A stretch of 64,000 bases of DNA from Minisyncoccota bacterium. Lineage in GTDB: Bacteria > Patescibacteriota > Minisyncoccia > Phycocordibacterales > UBA918. The position numbers were made by a program, and so were the translations under genes. Below the pieces are notes generated by a model. The model was not told where the DNA came from. It ran no database searches and saw nothing but the letters and a program-made list of their open reading frames with translations. Where the stretch lies: positions 203,063 through 267,062 of the forward strand of contig JAWKSQ010000001.1 in the NCBI GenBank assembly GCA_041389045.1, given 5' to 3'. Positions 18,840 to 29,260 of this stretch are shown in pieces (the stretch's first letter is position 1; every line of letters starts with the position of its first letter).

Positions 18840-19706
18840 ATGGAAAAGAATAGTTACTACATAGATACCCATGCGCATTTAAATTTGGCGGCTTTTAATG
18901 ATGATATTAAGGAGGTTTCGGCTAAGTGTCTGGATGAAGGAGTAGCTGTCATAAATGTCGGTACTAAAGAATCTACGAGTGCCAAGGCGGTGAAGCTGTC
19001 GACGATTCATAAAACCCAATACGCTATTATTGGGCTCCATCCAATCCAGACTGTGCCAGGAGTACATGATGAAAAAGAGATAGGGGCTGGTGGGCAGGCC
19101 TTTTCTTCTAAAGGGGAGGTGTTCGATAAAGATTTCTACCGAACGCTGGCCAAGAGTGGAAAGGTGGTCGGGATTGGTGAGTGTGGACTGGATTATTTTC
19201 ATACCACGCCAGATACTTATGCTGTGCAAGAAGCGGCTTTCATTTCACAGATAGAGTTAGCGAACGAGCTTAACTTGCCCCTAATGATACATACTCGTGG
19301 TCCTAAGCCCGGGGAAGTTAGTCCAACTGGTCGCAGTGTGTATGCTGACGTACACGATATCTTGAAGCAGTACGCTAAAGTATCGGGAAATATTCATTTT
19401 TATGCGGGTACTTACGAAGAAGCTAAGGCTTTCTTTGATTTAGGCTTTACCATCTCTTTTACGGGGGTTATTACTTTTGCCAAAGACTATGAGGAAGTTG
19501 TACGGGGTGTCCCGCTTGAACTTATTCATGCTGAGACTGATTCGCCATATGTGGCACCAATACCGTATCGAGGCAGACGATGTGAGCCCTGGATGGTACA
19601 AGAAGTTTATAAAAAAATCGCTGACATTCGTGGTGAAGAGTATGAAGTGGTTAGGGCACAGCTCATCGCTAATGCTGAAAAACTTTATAAAATCGAATTG
19701 TACTAA
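18840..19706 (+). CDS. tatD: TatD-family metal-dependent hydrolase
   Basis: ..YIDTHAHLN.., ..GECGLDYF.., ..MIHTR.. and ..ETDSPY.. are present. The ATG at 18840 is preferred over the GTG at 18831. Confidence 0.88.
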   Translation: MEKNSYYIDTHAHLNLAAFNDDIKEVSAKCLDEGVAVINVGTKESTSAKAVKLSTIHKTQYAIIGLHPIQTVPGVHDEKEIGAGGQAFSSKGEVFDKDFYRTLAKSGKVVGIGECGLDYFHTTPDTYAVQEAAFISQIELANELNLPLMIHTRGPKPGEVSPTGRSVYADVHDILKQYAKVSGNIHFYAGTYEEAKAFFDLGFTISFTGVITFAKDYEEVVRGVPLELIHAETDSPYVAPIPYRGRRCEPWMVQEVYKKIADIRGEEYEVVRAQLIANAEKLYKIELY

Positions 19707-19717
19707 GTGAGGTCAAA

Positions 19718-19740
19718 GCCCCGCGCCTTTGGCGCGGGGC
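19718..19740 (+). terminator. GC-rich stem-loop after tatD
   Basis: gccccgcgcc ttt ggcgcggggc. A second hairpin follows at 19753-19779. Confidence 0.5.
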
Positions 19741-19928
19741 AGACGTGAAAAAGCCGCCAGTCCCGTAGGGTGGCGGCTTTCGTTGTCGGTGTTTAGACCG
19801 ACTGACCGGGATTATTCGCATCTAACCCGGGTAGGCTGTAGGTACGTACGTGCTTCGTTTGAGTCGTTCGGAATAACCCCATCGCCACATGAGAATGAGA
19901 CACATGTTCGCAATGATCCAAGGCCAAA

Positions 19929-20150
19929 TCATGTACATGTATTTTTCATCTCCAGGGTACTCCCCAAGAGGGTAGTAACAATGATGAATACAGTGAAACA
20001 GACGCCGGTGAGAAAGTAGCCCAGGTTTCGTCTACTGATATTCCCACGATAACTCGACAAAGCTCCGGCGACGAAGATTAACGAAACGTAGACAACTAGG
20101 GTCACCAAAATGGTCAACCAGTCCCACTCCCAAATTTTCAAGAAATCCAT
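19929..20150 (-). CDS. small hydrophobic protein (possibly truncated)
   Basis: 73-aa ORF with two TM-like segments. A hydrophobic reading continues downstream in another frame, so a frameshift is possible. Confidence 0.35.
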   Translation of the reverse strand: MDFLKIWEWDWLTILVTLVVYVSLIFVAGALSSYRGNISRRNLGYFLTGVCFTVFIIVTTLLGSTLEMKNTCT

Positions 20151-20162
20151 TGACGCAACCTT

Positions 20163-20522
20163 TCAAGTGAACAAAGGATGAACCTGGCCGTTTTGGTCCT
20201 GGATGGAGTCGAACGGAACTGGTGGTATGGTTTCGGTTGACTTGGGCTGGGCGATCGGTACTTTACTCCGGTGACGTCTCCAGGCAAAAAGTATGCCTAG
20301 TGTCGAGGGAATAAAAAGAATTACCAGACCCAACCATTTCTCAAACCAGTCAGCGCTACTGCCAAACCGGATTTGCCACAAGACAAGTCCAATGGCGACA
20401 GTGGTGAACACCATCAGCCAAAAAAACCATTGTCTAGGGTTTGGCCTGGCGAAAAACCAGACAAAGAACGAAATCAGCAACCAAATAATGGTCGCCGGTG
20501 CAGAAAGAACGTTCAAATCCAT
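20163..20522 (-). CDS. hypothetical membrane protein
   Basis: 119 aa with three TM-like segments. Confidence 0.5.
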   Translation of the reverse strand: MDLNVLSAPATIIWLLISFFVWFFARPNPRQWFFWLMVFTTVAIGLVLWQIRFGSSADWFEKWLGLVILFIPSTLGILFAWRRHRSKVPIAQPKSTETIPPVPFDSIQDQNGQVHPLFT

Positions 20523-20595
20523 CTCTATTTCCCTCCTCAGGAAAAAATTTTAAAAACGAAAAAAGCCAGCGCGCATTATGATGCCTCTTACTGTT

Positions 20596-21546
20596 TTAGT
20601 CAAATATACTTACTAAATAAGTGTCAATTTCTCTTTGGTCGAGGTCGTAGAAGGTTTTATCTTTGCGGTGTAGGTAAGTAGCTAGTTCTGTACCAACAAA
20701 ACGCCAGTGCCAAGGTTCGTAAATATAGAAGGTATTGCCCTCTGGGTAGGAAAGTATGAAGCCATACTTATAAGCATTTTTTTCTAACCAAGCGAAAGCC
20801 TCAGTATCACCGAAAGTTTGTGAGGTCGTGCGAGTATCGATATCAACAATATCCAAAGTCGTCCCAAGTTGGTGTTCGGAATAGCCTTGGTCGGCGGAGA
20901 AAGCATTAGCCCCACTACCGTACACAATCTCATGACTAGTTTTCACGTCTTTTTGTTCATCAAAAGAGCGGAAGGCAGAAATCACCCGCAAGTCGTGGCC
21001 GTCATCTAGGGCGTCATCAAGCATGTCAGTCAGGAAAGGTAGAGCGTCACCATGGAAGTACTGGTCTTTAGCTCCGGGCATGATGTATTTAGTCTTTATT
21101 TCAGAAAGTTTGACCGGTCTGAAGTTTTCGTTGAGGAAGTAAGTTCGAGAATATTTTTGTAGTAGTTCTTTATCTGTCTTAGATAGCTTGTCTAGTACTC
21201 CAACGGTACCAGCCAAGCTTTTGAGTTGGTCTTCGAATTCGTCATTCTTGTTCTTTTCGCGTCTCAGGTCATTTTCAATATCCTCCAGTTCTTCACTGGT
21301 TAGGGAAAGACGCGTCGATAACTCAAAGATAGTGGAGCTAGCTAGAGCTCTTTCCGCTTCAAGGACCTTAGTATTAGAGGCATTTTCTAGTAGGAAGTAG
21401 TTGCGTTCCTCGAGGAGCATATTAATAGTGTCAGCGCGATTATTACTCTGAATATAAAGATATATGACACTAGCCACCACAACGACAAAAGTCGCTCCGA
21501 GGGTAATAAAAATTAGTCGCCACTCTGTACTTGCTCTAGTTTGCAT
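20596..21546 (-). CDS. membrane-anchored D-alanyl-D-alanine carboxypeptidase family protein (peptidase M15B/VanY-like)
   Basis: N-terminal TM segment and coiled coil, then ..ISAFRSFDEQ.., ..SEHQLGTTLD.. and ..EPWHWRFVG (zinc and catalytic motifs of M15B). Confidence 0.8.
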   Translation of the reverse strand: MQTRASTEWRLIFITLGATFVVVVASVIYLYIQSNNRADTINMLLEERNYFLLENASNTKVLEAERALASSTIFELSTRLSLTSEELEDIENDLRREKNKNDEFEDQLKSLAGTVGVLDKLSKTDKELLQKYSRTYFLNENFRPVKLSEIKTKYIMPGAKDQYFHGDALPFLTDMLDDALDDGHDLRVISAFRSFDEQKDVKTSHEIVYGSGANAFSADQGYSEHQLGTTLDIVDIDTRTTSQTFGDTEAFAWLEKNAYKYGFILSYPEGNTFYIYEPWHWRFVGTELATYLHRKDKTFYDLDQREIDTYLVSIFD

Positions 21547-21634
21547 AGAGCTTAGTTTAGCATGTTTTGTAGGCCTTGAATAAGGGCTTTTTTCATGGTA
21601 GGGTTATGCCGTTATTAAGTTAAGTTCTGTATAA

Positions 21635-22189
21635 ATGTCAGAAACACAAATGCCAGCAGCCGAAGTAACTGTAACTAACGAGCAAGAGCTTGTTAGTTAT
21701 GAATTTGCTTTCCACGTACTTCCAACGGTTGCTGAAGGGGAAGTTCCTGGTGTCTTCGAGTCAATCAAGACCCATATTACTAAAGCCGGTGGAGAAATCT
21801 TCGGTGAAGAAAATCCACAAAGATTTGATCTAGCCTACGATATTGTAAAGTATCTAGAAGGAAAGAATCGCAAATTCAGTAGTGCCTACTTTGGTTGGGT
21901 TCGTTTCCGTCTTAGTCCGTCTGCTCTAGTGGAGCTTGCTGAGCACCTAGATGGTAAAAAAGAGTTGCTACGTTACTTGTTTATCAAGCTTACTAAGGTT
22001 GAAGAACAAAATCCTTTCAACTTCCATGAGTCAATCGTAAACAAGCGAGTTCAAACCATTACTGATGAAGATGTAGCAGAAGAGGGAGAGTCTGACGAAG
22101 AAGTTGATACTGAAGATTTACCAGAGGTTGATGAGGTAGTGGTAGAGGAAGAAGTAGAGGTGGAGGATGATAGCACCGAAAGCAAATAG
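21635..22189 (+). CDS. rpsF: 30S ribosomal protein S6 with a long acidic C-terminal tail
   Basis: ..YEFAFHVLP.. ..RFDLAYDI.. ..GWVRFRL.., in the rpsF-ssb-rpsR gene order. Confidence 0.8.
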   Translation: MSETQMPAAEVTVTNEQELVSYEFAFHVLPTVAEGEVPGVFESIKTHITKAGGEIFGEENPQRFDLAYDIVKYLEGKNRKFSSAYFGWVRFRLSPSALVELAEHLDGKKELLRYLFIKLTKVEEQNPFNFHESIVNKRVQTITDEDVAEEGESDEEVDTEDLPEVDEVVVEEEVEVEDDSTESK

Positions 22190-22226
22190 CTGTATAATAA
22201 GGTTCTAATCACTAACTAAAGTACCT

Positions 22227-22682
22227 ATGTATCTCAACAAAGCGATGGTGTATGGCAATCTAACGAGAGACCCAGAAATGAAGGCACTACCAAGTGGCAT
22301 GCAAGTTTGTTCATTTTCTCTAGCTACTAATCGTGTCTACAACGACCGAGATGGTAAGCGTCAGGAGTCAGTGGACTATCACAATATTGTGGTCTTTGGT
22401 AAGCAGGCTGAAAACTGCGCCAAGTATCTTACTAAAGGTAGTAGTACTTATGTAGAGGGACGCATGCAAACTCGCTCATGGGATAAGGACGGTCAAAAGC
22501 ATTACCGGACTGAAGTGGTGGCTGACCGAGTCCAGTTTGGACCAAAGGGAAGTGGTAGTACTGGCGGTGGGACTCCATCAGAGAAATCTGGCGCTAGTAC
22601 TGGAAAGAGTGATGACGGACGGGAGTCAGCTTTACCGGATTATCCGGAAGAAGATATTAATCCTGAGGACATCCCTTTCTAA
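22227..22682 (+). CDS. ssb: single-stranded DNA-binding protein
   Basis: MYLNKAMVYGNLTRDPE.. OB fold with the acidic tail ending ..EDIPF. Confidence 0.92.
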   Translation: MYLNKAMVYGNLTRDPEMKALPSGMQVCSFSLATNRVYNDRDGKRQESVDYHNIVVFGKQAENCAKYLTKGSSTYVEGRMQTRSWDKDGQKHYRTEVVADRVQFGPKGSGSTGGGTPSEKSGASTGKSDDGRESALPDYPEEDINPEDIPF

Positions 22683-22893
22683 AAGTTAATTTTAAAATTA
22701 CTTCATTGACTTTGTCAGACGTCGTGATTTTTGACTCAACGTACATCAGGTACGCTTCATCAAAAATCACTTGTCTTCCTCGTCACTAAAGCAATTTATA
22801 AAATCAACCAGAAATCTTAAGTTCTAAAAAGACGTATACATTGGAATAACCTGAAACTTAAATTAAGAATTTATTAGCAAACAAAAAACAAAC

Positions 22894-23097
22894 ATGGAAC
22901 AACACAATCTACACAAAAAAGCCGCTCTTGAGCACATTGATTACAAAGACATCACTAGTCTTGGGGCTTATGTAAACCCACACGCTCGAATGATGGGGCG
23001 CAAGCGAACTGGCTTCTCAGCCAAGGCGCAGCGAGACTTCGCTCGTTCAATCAAGCGCGCACGCTTTATGGCCCTCATGCCGTATATCCAGCACTAA
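22894..23097 (+). CDS. rpsR: 30S ribosomal protein S18
   Basis: ..IDYKD..L..YV....MMGRKRTG.SAK.QR....IKRARFMALMPY. Confidence 0.9.
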   Translation: MEQHNLHKKAALEHIDYKDITSLGAYVNPHARMMGRKRTGFSAKAQRDFARSIKRARFMALMPYIQH

Positions 23098-23115
23098 AAT
23101 AAGGCTTTAAACCTA

Positions 23116-23155
23116 CAAAAGAGCAAAGAATTCTGGGGAATTCTTTGCTCTTTTG
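23116..23155 (+). terminator. 18-bp stem terminator after rpsR
   Basis: caaaagagcaaagaattc tggg gaattctttgctcttttg. Confidence 0.8.
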
Positions 23156-23217
23156 TTAAAAATGTGATATAATAAAAAAGGGTTCAGTAACCGGCAGTTT
23201 CTTTAAGGAGGTGTGCT

Positions 23218-23511
23218 ATGTTGTCACTGGAAAGAAGGGTCGAATCTGCCGAAAAGGCACGTTTTCGGCTTCTGGGAATCTACGGATTCACTGTTTATGT
23301 GGCACTTTTCTGGGCTTTGGAGGAAGATTACGGTTTTCTGACATATCTCCGGGAAAATGCACTGTGGTCTATCTTGTACGTAGCTGCCGCCTTCAGCTCA
23401 GCGTACATCGTTGCACTGTGGTATGTTTGTGTCGGGCGAAATTTGATGTTGCGTGTCAGTCATAGTGTTTGGCGCGCACGCGAATGGTTTTCTCAAACGA
23501 CAGGGTGGTAA
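23218..23511 (+). CDS. small hypothetical membrane protein
   Basis: 97 aa with AAGGAGG 7 nt upstream and two or three TM-like segments. Preferred over the overlapping 23211 ORF. Confidence 0.5.
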   Translation: MLSLERRVESAEKARFRLLGIYGFTVYVALFWALEEDYGFLTYLRENALWSILYVAAAFSSAYIVALWYVCVGRNLMLRVSHSVWRAREWFSQTTGW

Positions 23512-23613
23512 ATGAAATCCACCTTCCGACGAAAAGAGCCGCAGACACTTTGTGTCGCGGCTCGATTCTTTTTTAATATTATTTTTACTGCTTCCTTTGC
23601 GTTTTATTTTACT

Positions 23614-24189
23614 CTACGCCTTTTCAACTCTTTCAGTATAGTCACCACTTTCGGTATTGATAGCGATCACGTCACCTTGGTTGATGAACATCGGTACCAT
23701 TACCTTGGCTCCAGTTTCGACGATCGCTTCTTTGAGTGCACCACCAGAGGTATTACCCTTAACGGCATCCACTGTTTCAGTGACTTTTAGTTCAATCTTG
23801 ATCGGCACAGTTACGCCGATGACTTCTTCTTCGTAAATAAGGGCTTTGAGTTCCGAACGTTCTTTGATGAACTGGCCTGATTCACCGATTAGGTCGGCTG
23901 AAAGGGAGAAGCGCTCAGCTGGCTTACCACTAACATGGAACCAATACTCATCGCCTTTACGATAGATAAAAGTAATGTTCTTGTTTTCTAAATCCGCTTC
24001 TTCCGCAACTTCGTTGACGTGAAAAGTGTTTTCAATAACACGACCAGACTTAAGATTCTTTAGTTTGGTGATATTGACCGGCTTGCGCTGTTGTTTACGA
24101 AAAACATGGTAAGAAAGTACCAAGTACGGTTCATCATTAAAAATAATGACTTTTTTCGGGGTTATTTCGCTGTATGATAGGACTGCCAT
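23614..24189 (-). CDS. efp: translation elongation factor P
   Basis: 191 aa with ..VLSYHVFRKQQRKPVNITKLKNLKSGRV.. and typical three-domain length. Confidence 0.9.
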   Translation of the reverse strand: MAVLSYSEITPKKVIIFNDEPYLVLSYHVFRKQQRKPVNITKLKNLKSGRVIENTFHVNEVAEEADLENKNITFIYRKGDEYWFHVSGKPAERFSLSADLIGESGQFIKERSELKALIYEEEVIGVTVPIKIELKVTETVDAVKGNTSGGALKEAIVETGAKVMVPMFINQGDVIAINTESGDYTERVEKA

Positions 24190-24238
24190 AAAATAGTTAA
24201 AAATGCTACACTAAATGAGCTAGAAGATACTACCATAT

Positions 24239-24832
24239 ATGGAAAGACTGACAACTGGTAATAATGACAAGTCACACCTCAGTGACGAAGATATCTTGCG
24301 CCGTTCACTCAATGAGCCGTGGTTGTTTGCCTTTTTAGTTGATCGTTATGAAGAAGCTTTTATGCGTAAGGTGCGTGGTATTGTCCGTGACCCTAGAGAC
24401 GCTGAGGAGATAGTTCTAGATACTTTTACTAAGATATACGTCAATGCTCATTCCTTCACGCCACAGACCGGAGCTAAGTTTTCCTCTTGGGCTTATCGGA
24501 TACTTTTAAATACAGCCTTTACTCGCTACCAAAAACTAGTTAAGGAAGGACAGCGCTTTGCTTCACTGGATCCGGAGTTTGAGCAATTTGTGGGTGAAAA
24601 GGGTGAACACTCTGGCTTTGCCGAAGTGACTGATGGGGTGGAGCGGATTTTGGCCCGTTTGCCGGAGCATTTTGCCTACGTGCTACGACTGCATTATTTA
24701 GAACATTGGTCGCACGAAGATATTTCTAAGACTACTAATGAAAAGGTTGGTACGATTAAAGCCAGAATTCACCGCGCTAAGGCCGCTTTCCGTAAAGAAA
24801 GTAAAGATACCGAACTTGAGGCTTTGTTGTAA
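24239..24832 (+). CDS. RNA polymerase sigma factor, sigma-70/ECF-like family
   Basis: Region 2 (..DAEEIVLDTFTKIY..FSSWAYRILLN..) and region 4 HTH (..SHEDISKTTNEKVGTIKARIHRAK..). Confidence 0.85.
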   Translation: MERLTTGNNDKSHLSDEDILRRSLNEPWLFAFLVDRYEEAFMRKVRGIVRDPRDAEEIVLDTFTKIYVNAHSFTPQTGAKFSSWAYRILLNTAFTRYQKLVKEGQRFASLDPEFEQFVGEKGEHSGFAEVTDGVERILARLPEHFAYVLRLHYLEHWSHEDISKTTNEKVGTIKARIHRAKAAFRKESKDTELEALL

Positions 24833-24867
24833 CTTTAATACTAGTTAAGTAAGTTATAACTATTACC

Positions 24868-25206
24868 ATGCAAAACCAAGCTTTAAAAAAACAAATAATG
24901 CGCCGAGTGTACTACAGTTATGCACTAAGTGTGCTCGTCAGTAAGGCTACCTTACGTGGTTTTATCCTTGGCTTTAGTGGTTTTTTGTTTATGCACCTGG
25001 TGTCTCTGTCGAGTATTGTTATGAACTTACTTTCAGTCCAGGTAAAAGCCGTACCAGAGTATGTTTGGGGTACCATAACTGGAGCGGTAGCTACTGGTGA
25101 ATTCATGACTTTGATTTCACTGGGAGTAATTGTCTTTTCATTACTCTCGTTTGGCTTACCAAAGCGACCAATCATTGTTGAAGGAAACTTTACCCAGCGA
25201 GCGTAG
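24868..25206 (+). CDS. membrane protein downstream of the sigma factor (possible anti-sigma)
   Basis: 112 aa with 3 TM-like segments. The functional guess rests on position only. Confidence 0.45.
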   Translation: MQNQALKKQIMRRVYYSYALSVLVSKATLRGFILGFSGFLFMHLVSLSSIVMNLLSVQVKAVPEYVWGTITGAVATGEFMTLISLGVIVFSLLSFGLPKRPIIVEGNFTQRA

Positions 25207-25224
25207 GGTGAGGAGAAGGTGGGG

Positions 25225-25269
25225 TAAACAATAGGCCGGGAAAGCGAAGCTTTCCCGGCCTATTGTTTA
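25225..25269. terminator. bidirectional terminator between convergent genes
   Basis: taaacaataggccgggaaagc / gctttcccggcctattgttta forms a 21-bp stem. Confidence 0.8.
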
Positions 25270-25278
25270 AGAAGTCTA

Positions 25279-26358
25279 CTACTTAGCTAAAGCTTCATCT
25301 TTCAGGCACTTTCTAATGTGTCCAAGCAGTTCTTTTTGTACTTTAGGATTTTCCCGGAGGAAAGTTCGAGCTGCGTCATAACCACGACCAAGCTTTACTT
25401 CAGTACTGTCGTCACCGCCAGGTGGTAGGTAACTATATGAGGCACCAGCTTTTTTGACTAGCTTGTACTTTTCGCCGAGGGCGAGCAGTTCGCCTTGCGT
25501 ACTGATACCTTCACCGTAAATTAGGTCAAACTCAGTAGTTCTAAATGGGGAAGCGACTTTATTCTTTACTACTTTTACACGATGACGGCCACCCACTACT
25601 TCTTCGCCTTTCTTAATTTGCGCAATGCGACGGATATCTAGACGAACCGAAGTATAAAACTTGAGGGCCTTTCCTCCCGGAGTAGTTTCAGGGTTACCAA
25701 ACATCACCCCGACTTGCATGCGGATTTGGTTGATGAAAATAACCACGGTCTTACTCTTGGCTACAATACCGGTCAGTTTACGTAGGGCTTGACTCATTAG
25801 ACGAGCTTGTTTACCGACATGGTGCGCTCCCATTTCGCCTTCAATTTCGTCGCGTGGAGTTAGGGCCGCTACTGAGTCGATAACGATAATGTCTATCTTG
25901 CCGGAACGAACTAAGGATTCTACGATTTCGAGGGCTTGTTCACCGTTGTCTGGTTGAGAGATTAGGAGTTCGTCGAGTTTAACACCGATGTTTTTGGCGT
26001 ACTCTGGGTCCATAGCATGTTCAGCGTCAACCACGGCACAGATACCACCAAGCTTTTGCGCTTCAGCGACAGCGTGAAGGGCAAGGGTAGTCTTACCAGA
26101 CGACTCTGGTCCGAAAATTTCAATAATACGTCCCCGTGGGAAGCCACCGATACCAAGAGCATCATCGAGACCAATTGAGCCTGTCGGACTAGCGTCGATA
26201 TCGACTTTCTTACTTTCATCAAGAGTCATGATCGACTCATCACCAAACTTAGTTTTGATAGCACGCAGTGTTTCGGCAATACTTTCAACTCCACCACCTT
26301 TTTCTGTTGGTGCGTCACCCATAGTCTTGGCTGGTTTTGCTACTTTTTTCTTTACCAT
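25279..26358 (-). CDS. recA: recombinase RecA (Lys-rich N-terminal extension)
   Basis: ..[12 protein letters not shown].. Walker A and ..IVIDSVAAL.. are present. The start at 26358 (MVKKKVAK) avoids overlap with the upstream gene. Confidence 0.95.
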   Translation of the reverse strand: MVKKKVAKPAKTMGDAPTEKGGGVESIAETLRAIKTKFGDESIMTLDESKKVDIDASPTGSIGLDDALGIGGFPRGRIIEIFGPESSGKTTLALHAVAEAQKLGGICAVVDAEHAMDPEYAKNIGVKLDELLISQPDNGEQALEIVESLVRSGKIDIIVIDSVAALTPRDEIEGEMGAHHVGKQARLMSQALRKLTGIVAKSKTVVIFINQIRMQVGVMFGNPETTPGGKALKFYTSVRLDIRRIAQIKKGEEVVGGRHRVKVVKNKVASPFRTTEFDLIYGEGISTQGELLALGEKYKLVKKAGASYSYLPPGGDDSTEVKLGRGYDAARTFLRENPKVQKELLGHIRKCLKDEALAK

Positions 26359-26368
26359 AATCTGAGTC

Positions 26369-26758
26369 TTAATTATTTTTATTAATTGATGCGGGAGTGT
26401 AGACAAATGGTCTTTCGACTCTCGTCTCACGTCCATAACGATCTTTAGCCCGCAGGGTAGCTATAGTATACCCGTTTTCGAGCACAAGCGCCTCACTAAA
26501 ATGGCCACTTTCGTCAGTATAAATTTGTCTATCATTGAGCCAGAGATGGGTGATATTGTAGGCTGTTCCTTCCAGGTGGATAGTCCTTTCGTTATGTTGG
26601 ATGGCTAAATTGTCCGAAATAACTATCTGTGGACCAGCAATTAAGAAACGAGCTTGAAATACAATATAGGCTAAGATTAAACCCAGTATAACGATAGTAC
26701 TGATAGCGCCTAGAATAGTTCGTAACTCCACTTTAGGCTGTCGGACAAAGGTAGACAT
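26369..26758 (-). CDS. hypothetical membrane-anchored protein
   Basis: 129 aa with one N-terminal TM segment and a beta-rich ectodomain. Confidence 0.55.
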   Translation of the reverse strand: MSTFVRQPKVELRTILGAISTIVILGLILAYIVFQARFLIAGPQIVISDNLAIQHNERTIHLEGTAYNITHLWLNDRQIYTDESGHFSEALVLENGYTIATLRAKDRYGRETRVERPFVYTPASINKNN

Positions 26759-26760
26759 CT

Positions 26761-28987
26761 CTAACTTTCTCGACGCTCGTCGTCACTTTCGGTGTCTGTG
26801 TCACCAGAGTCACTGTCTCGACCGGCTATCACTTCACGGGCTCTCGAACCATCAGCTGGTCCGATAATGCCTTGTTCTTCGAGTATGTCCATGAGTCTGG
26901 CCGCTCTCGAATAGCCGATCCGGAGCTTGCGTTGTAGGTAAGAAGTAGAGGCCTTACCAGCTTCTATGACGGCCTCTTTGGCATCTTCGAACATGTCATC
27001 ACCTACATCGTCGTCATTACCGTCTAGGGAAGACATAAATGAGGTAGCGCTACCTTCTTTTTGGTCATCGAGGTTAATAGTGTCTAAGGCTCCAGCTTCT
27101 TGCGACTTGAGGTAGCTCACCACACTCTTGATTTCTTCTAGTGAGACGAAGGCAGATTGAATACGAGTTAGTCTTGGGTTATCAGATGAAAGGTAAAGCA
27201 TGTCACCTAAACCGAGTAGTTTTTCCGCTCCCATTTGGTCGATGATGGTACGAGAGTCTATTTGCGAAGCGACGTTAAGGGCGATACGAGTCGGTACGTT
27301 GGCTTTGATGGTACCAGTGATGACGTTTACGGAAGGTCTTTGGGTGGCCAGGATGAGGTGGATACCGACTGCTCGACTCATTTGCGCCAAGCGCACGATA
27401 ATGGCCTCCAGTTCACGTGGATAGGCTTGCATTAGGTCATTAAGCTCGTCGAGGATGATAACGATATATGGTAACGGTTCAGGCAAGTTTTCCTTCTCTT
27501 CTTCTGGACTACCTTTCTCTTCCCAAGCTTTTTTGGCTGGCTGATAGACATTACTATGATACAGATCAATACCCTGGACACCTTCAGCTTGCAAAACGTC
27601 ATAGCGTCTAGCCATTTCCTTCACTGCCCAGCCAAGAGACTTAAGCGCTTTCTTTGGTTCAGTAATGACGGGGGTGAGTAGGTGAGGGATACCATTATAT
27701 AGAGTTAGTTCTACACGCTTCGGGTCGACGAGAATAAAGCGTAGTTGATCGGGGAGTTTCTGAAAAGTAGTGACATGACCAAATTGTGAATTGTCACTGA
27801 CTTTCCCGAGCCGGTTGTACCCGCGATGAGGGCATGTGGCATTCGAGCGATGTTGGCGAAGTGGACGCCACCGGCCACGTCTTTACCAAGAGCGACTAGT
27901 AGTGGACGAGGGAGTCGGTGTATTCCGGGTTCTTTAATAGAGAAGCTAGTCCAACAGTTGAACGCACAGCATTTGGTACTTCAATACCTACCAGTGACTT
28001 ACCGGGAATCGGGGCTTCGATACGAATAGTGCTAGCCTTCAGAGCCAACTGAAGTTCTTGTTGCAGGGCGACGATACGTGAGATGCGGACACCTTGAGCT
28101 GGCTTGAGCGAGTAACGGGTGATAGCTGGACCATTCTCGACGGCGTCCATTTCAACGTTAATGCCAAACTCCTTCAGGGTCCGCTTGATGGTTAGTGAGT
28201 TAGCTTTAACATCACCAGCCATTGCCTTTCCTTTATCTTTACTAAGAAGAGTTAAAGATGGGGGAATGTAGTGTCCACTAAAGTGCTTGATGACGATGTC
28301 ACTAGTGTTCTTTTCTACCCCGAGGGCCTCGCTTACTTTACTAGTGACAGCCCGTAAACCTTTTTTCTTTTCCGTGTCTTCTTCTTCCTCTTCAGGTTCG
28401 GCTTTGGTTTCTGGCGTATCGGCTAGTTCAGGGATACCAAGTTCAGCTAGGTCAATTAAATCTTCATCTTCTTCTGATACCTCATCTTTCTTTAAGAAAC
28501 CAGGCAGACCGATACCGGTATTAAAACTAAGAAAGATGCCGATTAGGACCAGGCCAGTAAGTAGAACACCAGTGACCATTGTTCCAAATAGCAGGGTTAG
28601 TGGGTAGGTGAGGGCTAGTCCAGCCATTCCACCTAAGTCTACTTGGTAGAGTTCAAGCATCGCTAAAACTGAGAAGAAAATTAGCGAAATGCCAACTATC
28701 TTGGAAGTACTCACTCGTTCGTCTTCTCGGGGCTTCATGAGGGCAAAGACATAGAAAGCACAGGTAATCGGTGCTAGCCACGCTCCGCTCCCGAAGAGCC
28801 AACTTAGGCCTGTGTGAGTGATGTTCCCAGCCAAACCAGCGTAGTCTAGAAGTGACAGTAAAAAGAAAATACCAAGCACTCCCATCACTACTGCTCCAAT
28901 CGCTTGTCTAGCTTGAGGAGACAGATCGTCAAATAGTGGGGTTCGCTCACTTATGTCGGTCGCTTTTTTCTTTCTGGGCATAAACAC
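26761..28987 (-). CDS. ftsK: DNA translocase FtsK/SpoIIIE, interrupted by two single-base deletions
   Basis: The N-terminal membrane domain (27896-28987) and the C-terminal motor plus gamma domain (26761-27624) are separate ORFs. The piece between them reads ..LVALGKDVAGGVHFANIARMPHALIAGTTGSGKSV.. (Walker A) in the third frame. Frame changes sit near 27910 (ggg) and 27751-27754 (gggg). Confidence 0.9.
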
Positions 28988-29138
28988 TAATTCGGTAAAT
29001 TTAAGTAATTATATGAATAATACCATACGAGGGATATTTACAGGGTCCTGACAATGGGTACTTGGAGACCTTTTGTAGTTATAGATAAAGTAAAAATCCG
29101 TATGTTCGTGAGCAGTACAGATTCCTTACGGACAGCTA

Positions 29139-29260
29139 AAAGACCTTGCAAATTAACGAAATGTCTTTATAGTAGTAAGAGACTAACCTCAAAGACAATA
29201 GACATAAAGAGACAATAAACTACTTAAAAGACATTTAATAGACAACATGGACAAAGACAA
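29139..29260 (+). repeat. cluster of AGACA / AAAGAC short repeats (iteron-like) spanning the promoter and start of 29247-29981
   Basis: AGACA occurs at 29193, 29200, 29210, 29229, 29240 and 29255, with related copies at 29141, 29179 and 29249. Spacings are 7-19 nt, several near one helical turn. Confidence 0.6.

Noticed and set aside
23512-23790. 92-aa ORF on the + strand.
   Set aside because: It is largely antisense to the well-supported efp gene (23614-24189), is low-complexity and hydrophobic, and has no RBS.
29139-29260. AGACA repeat cluster as a CRISPR array or tandem repeat.
   Set aside because: The units are only 5-7 nt with irregular short spacing and no spacer-repeat architecture. 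They also overlap a promoter and coding start. No CRISPR-like array was seen anywhere in the window.
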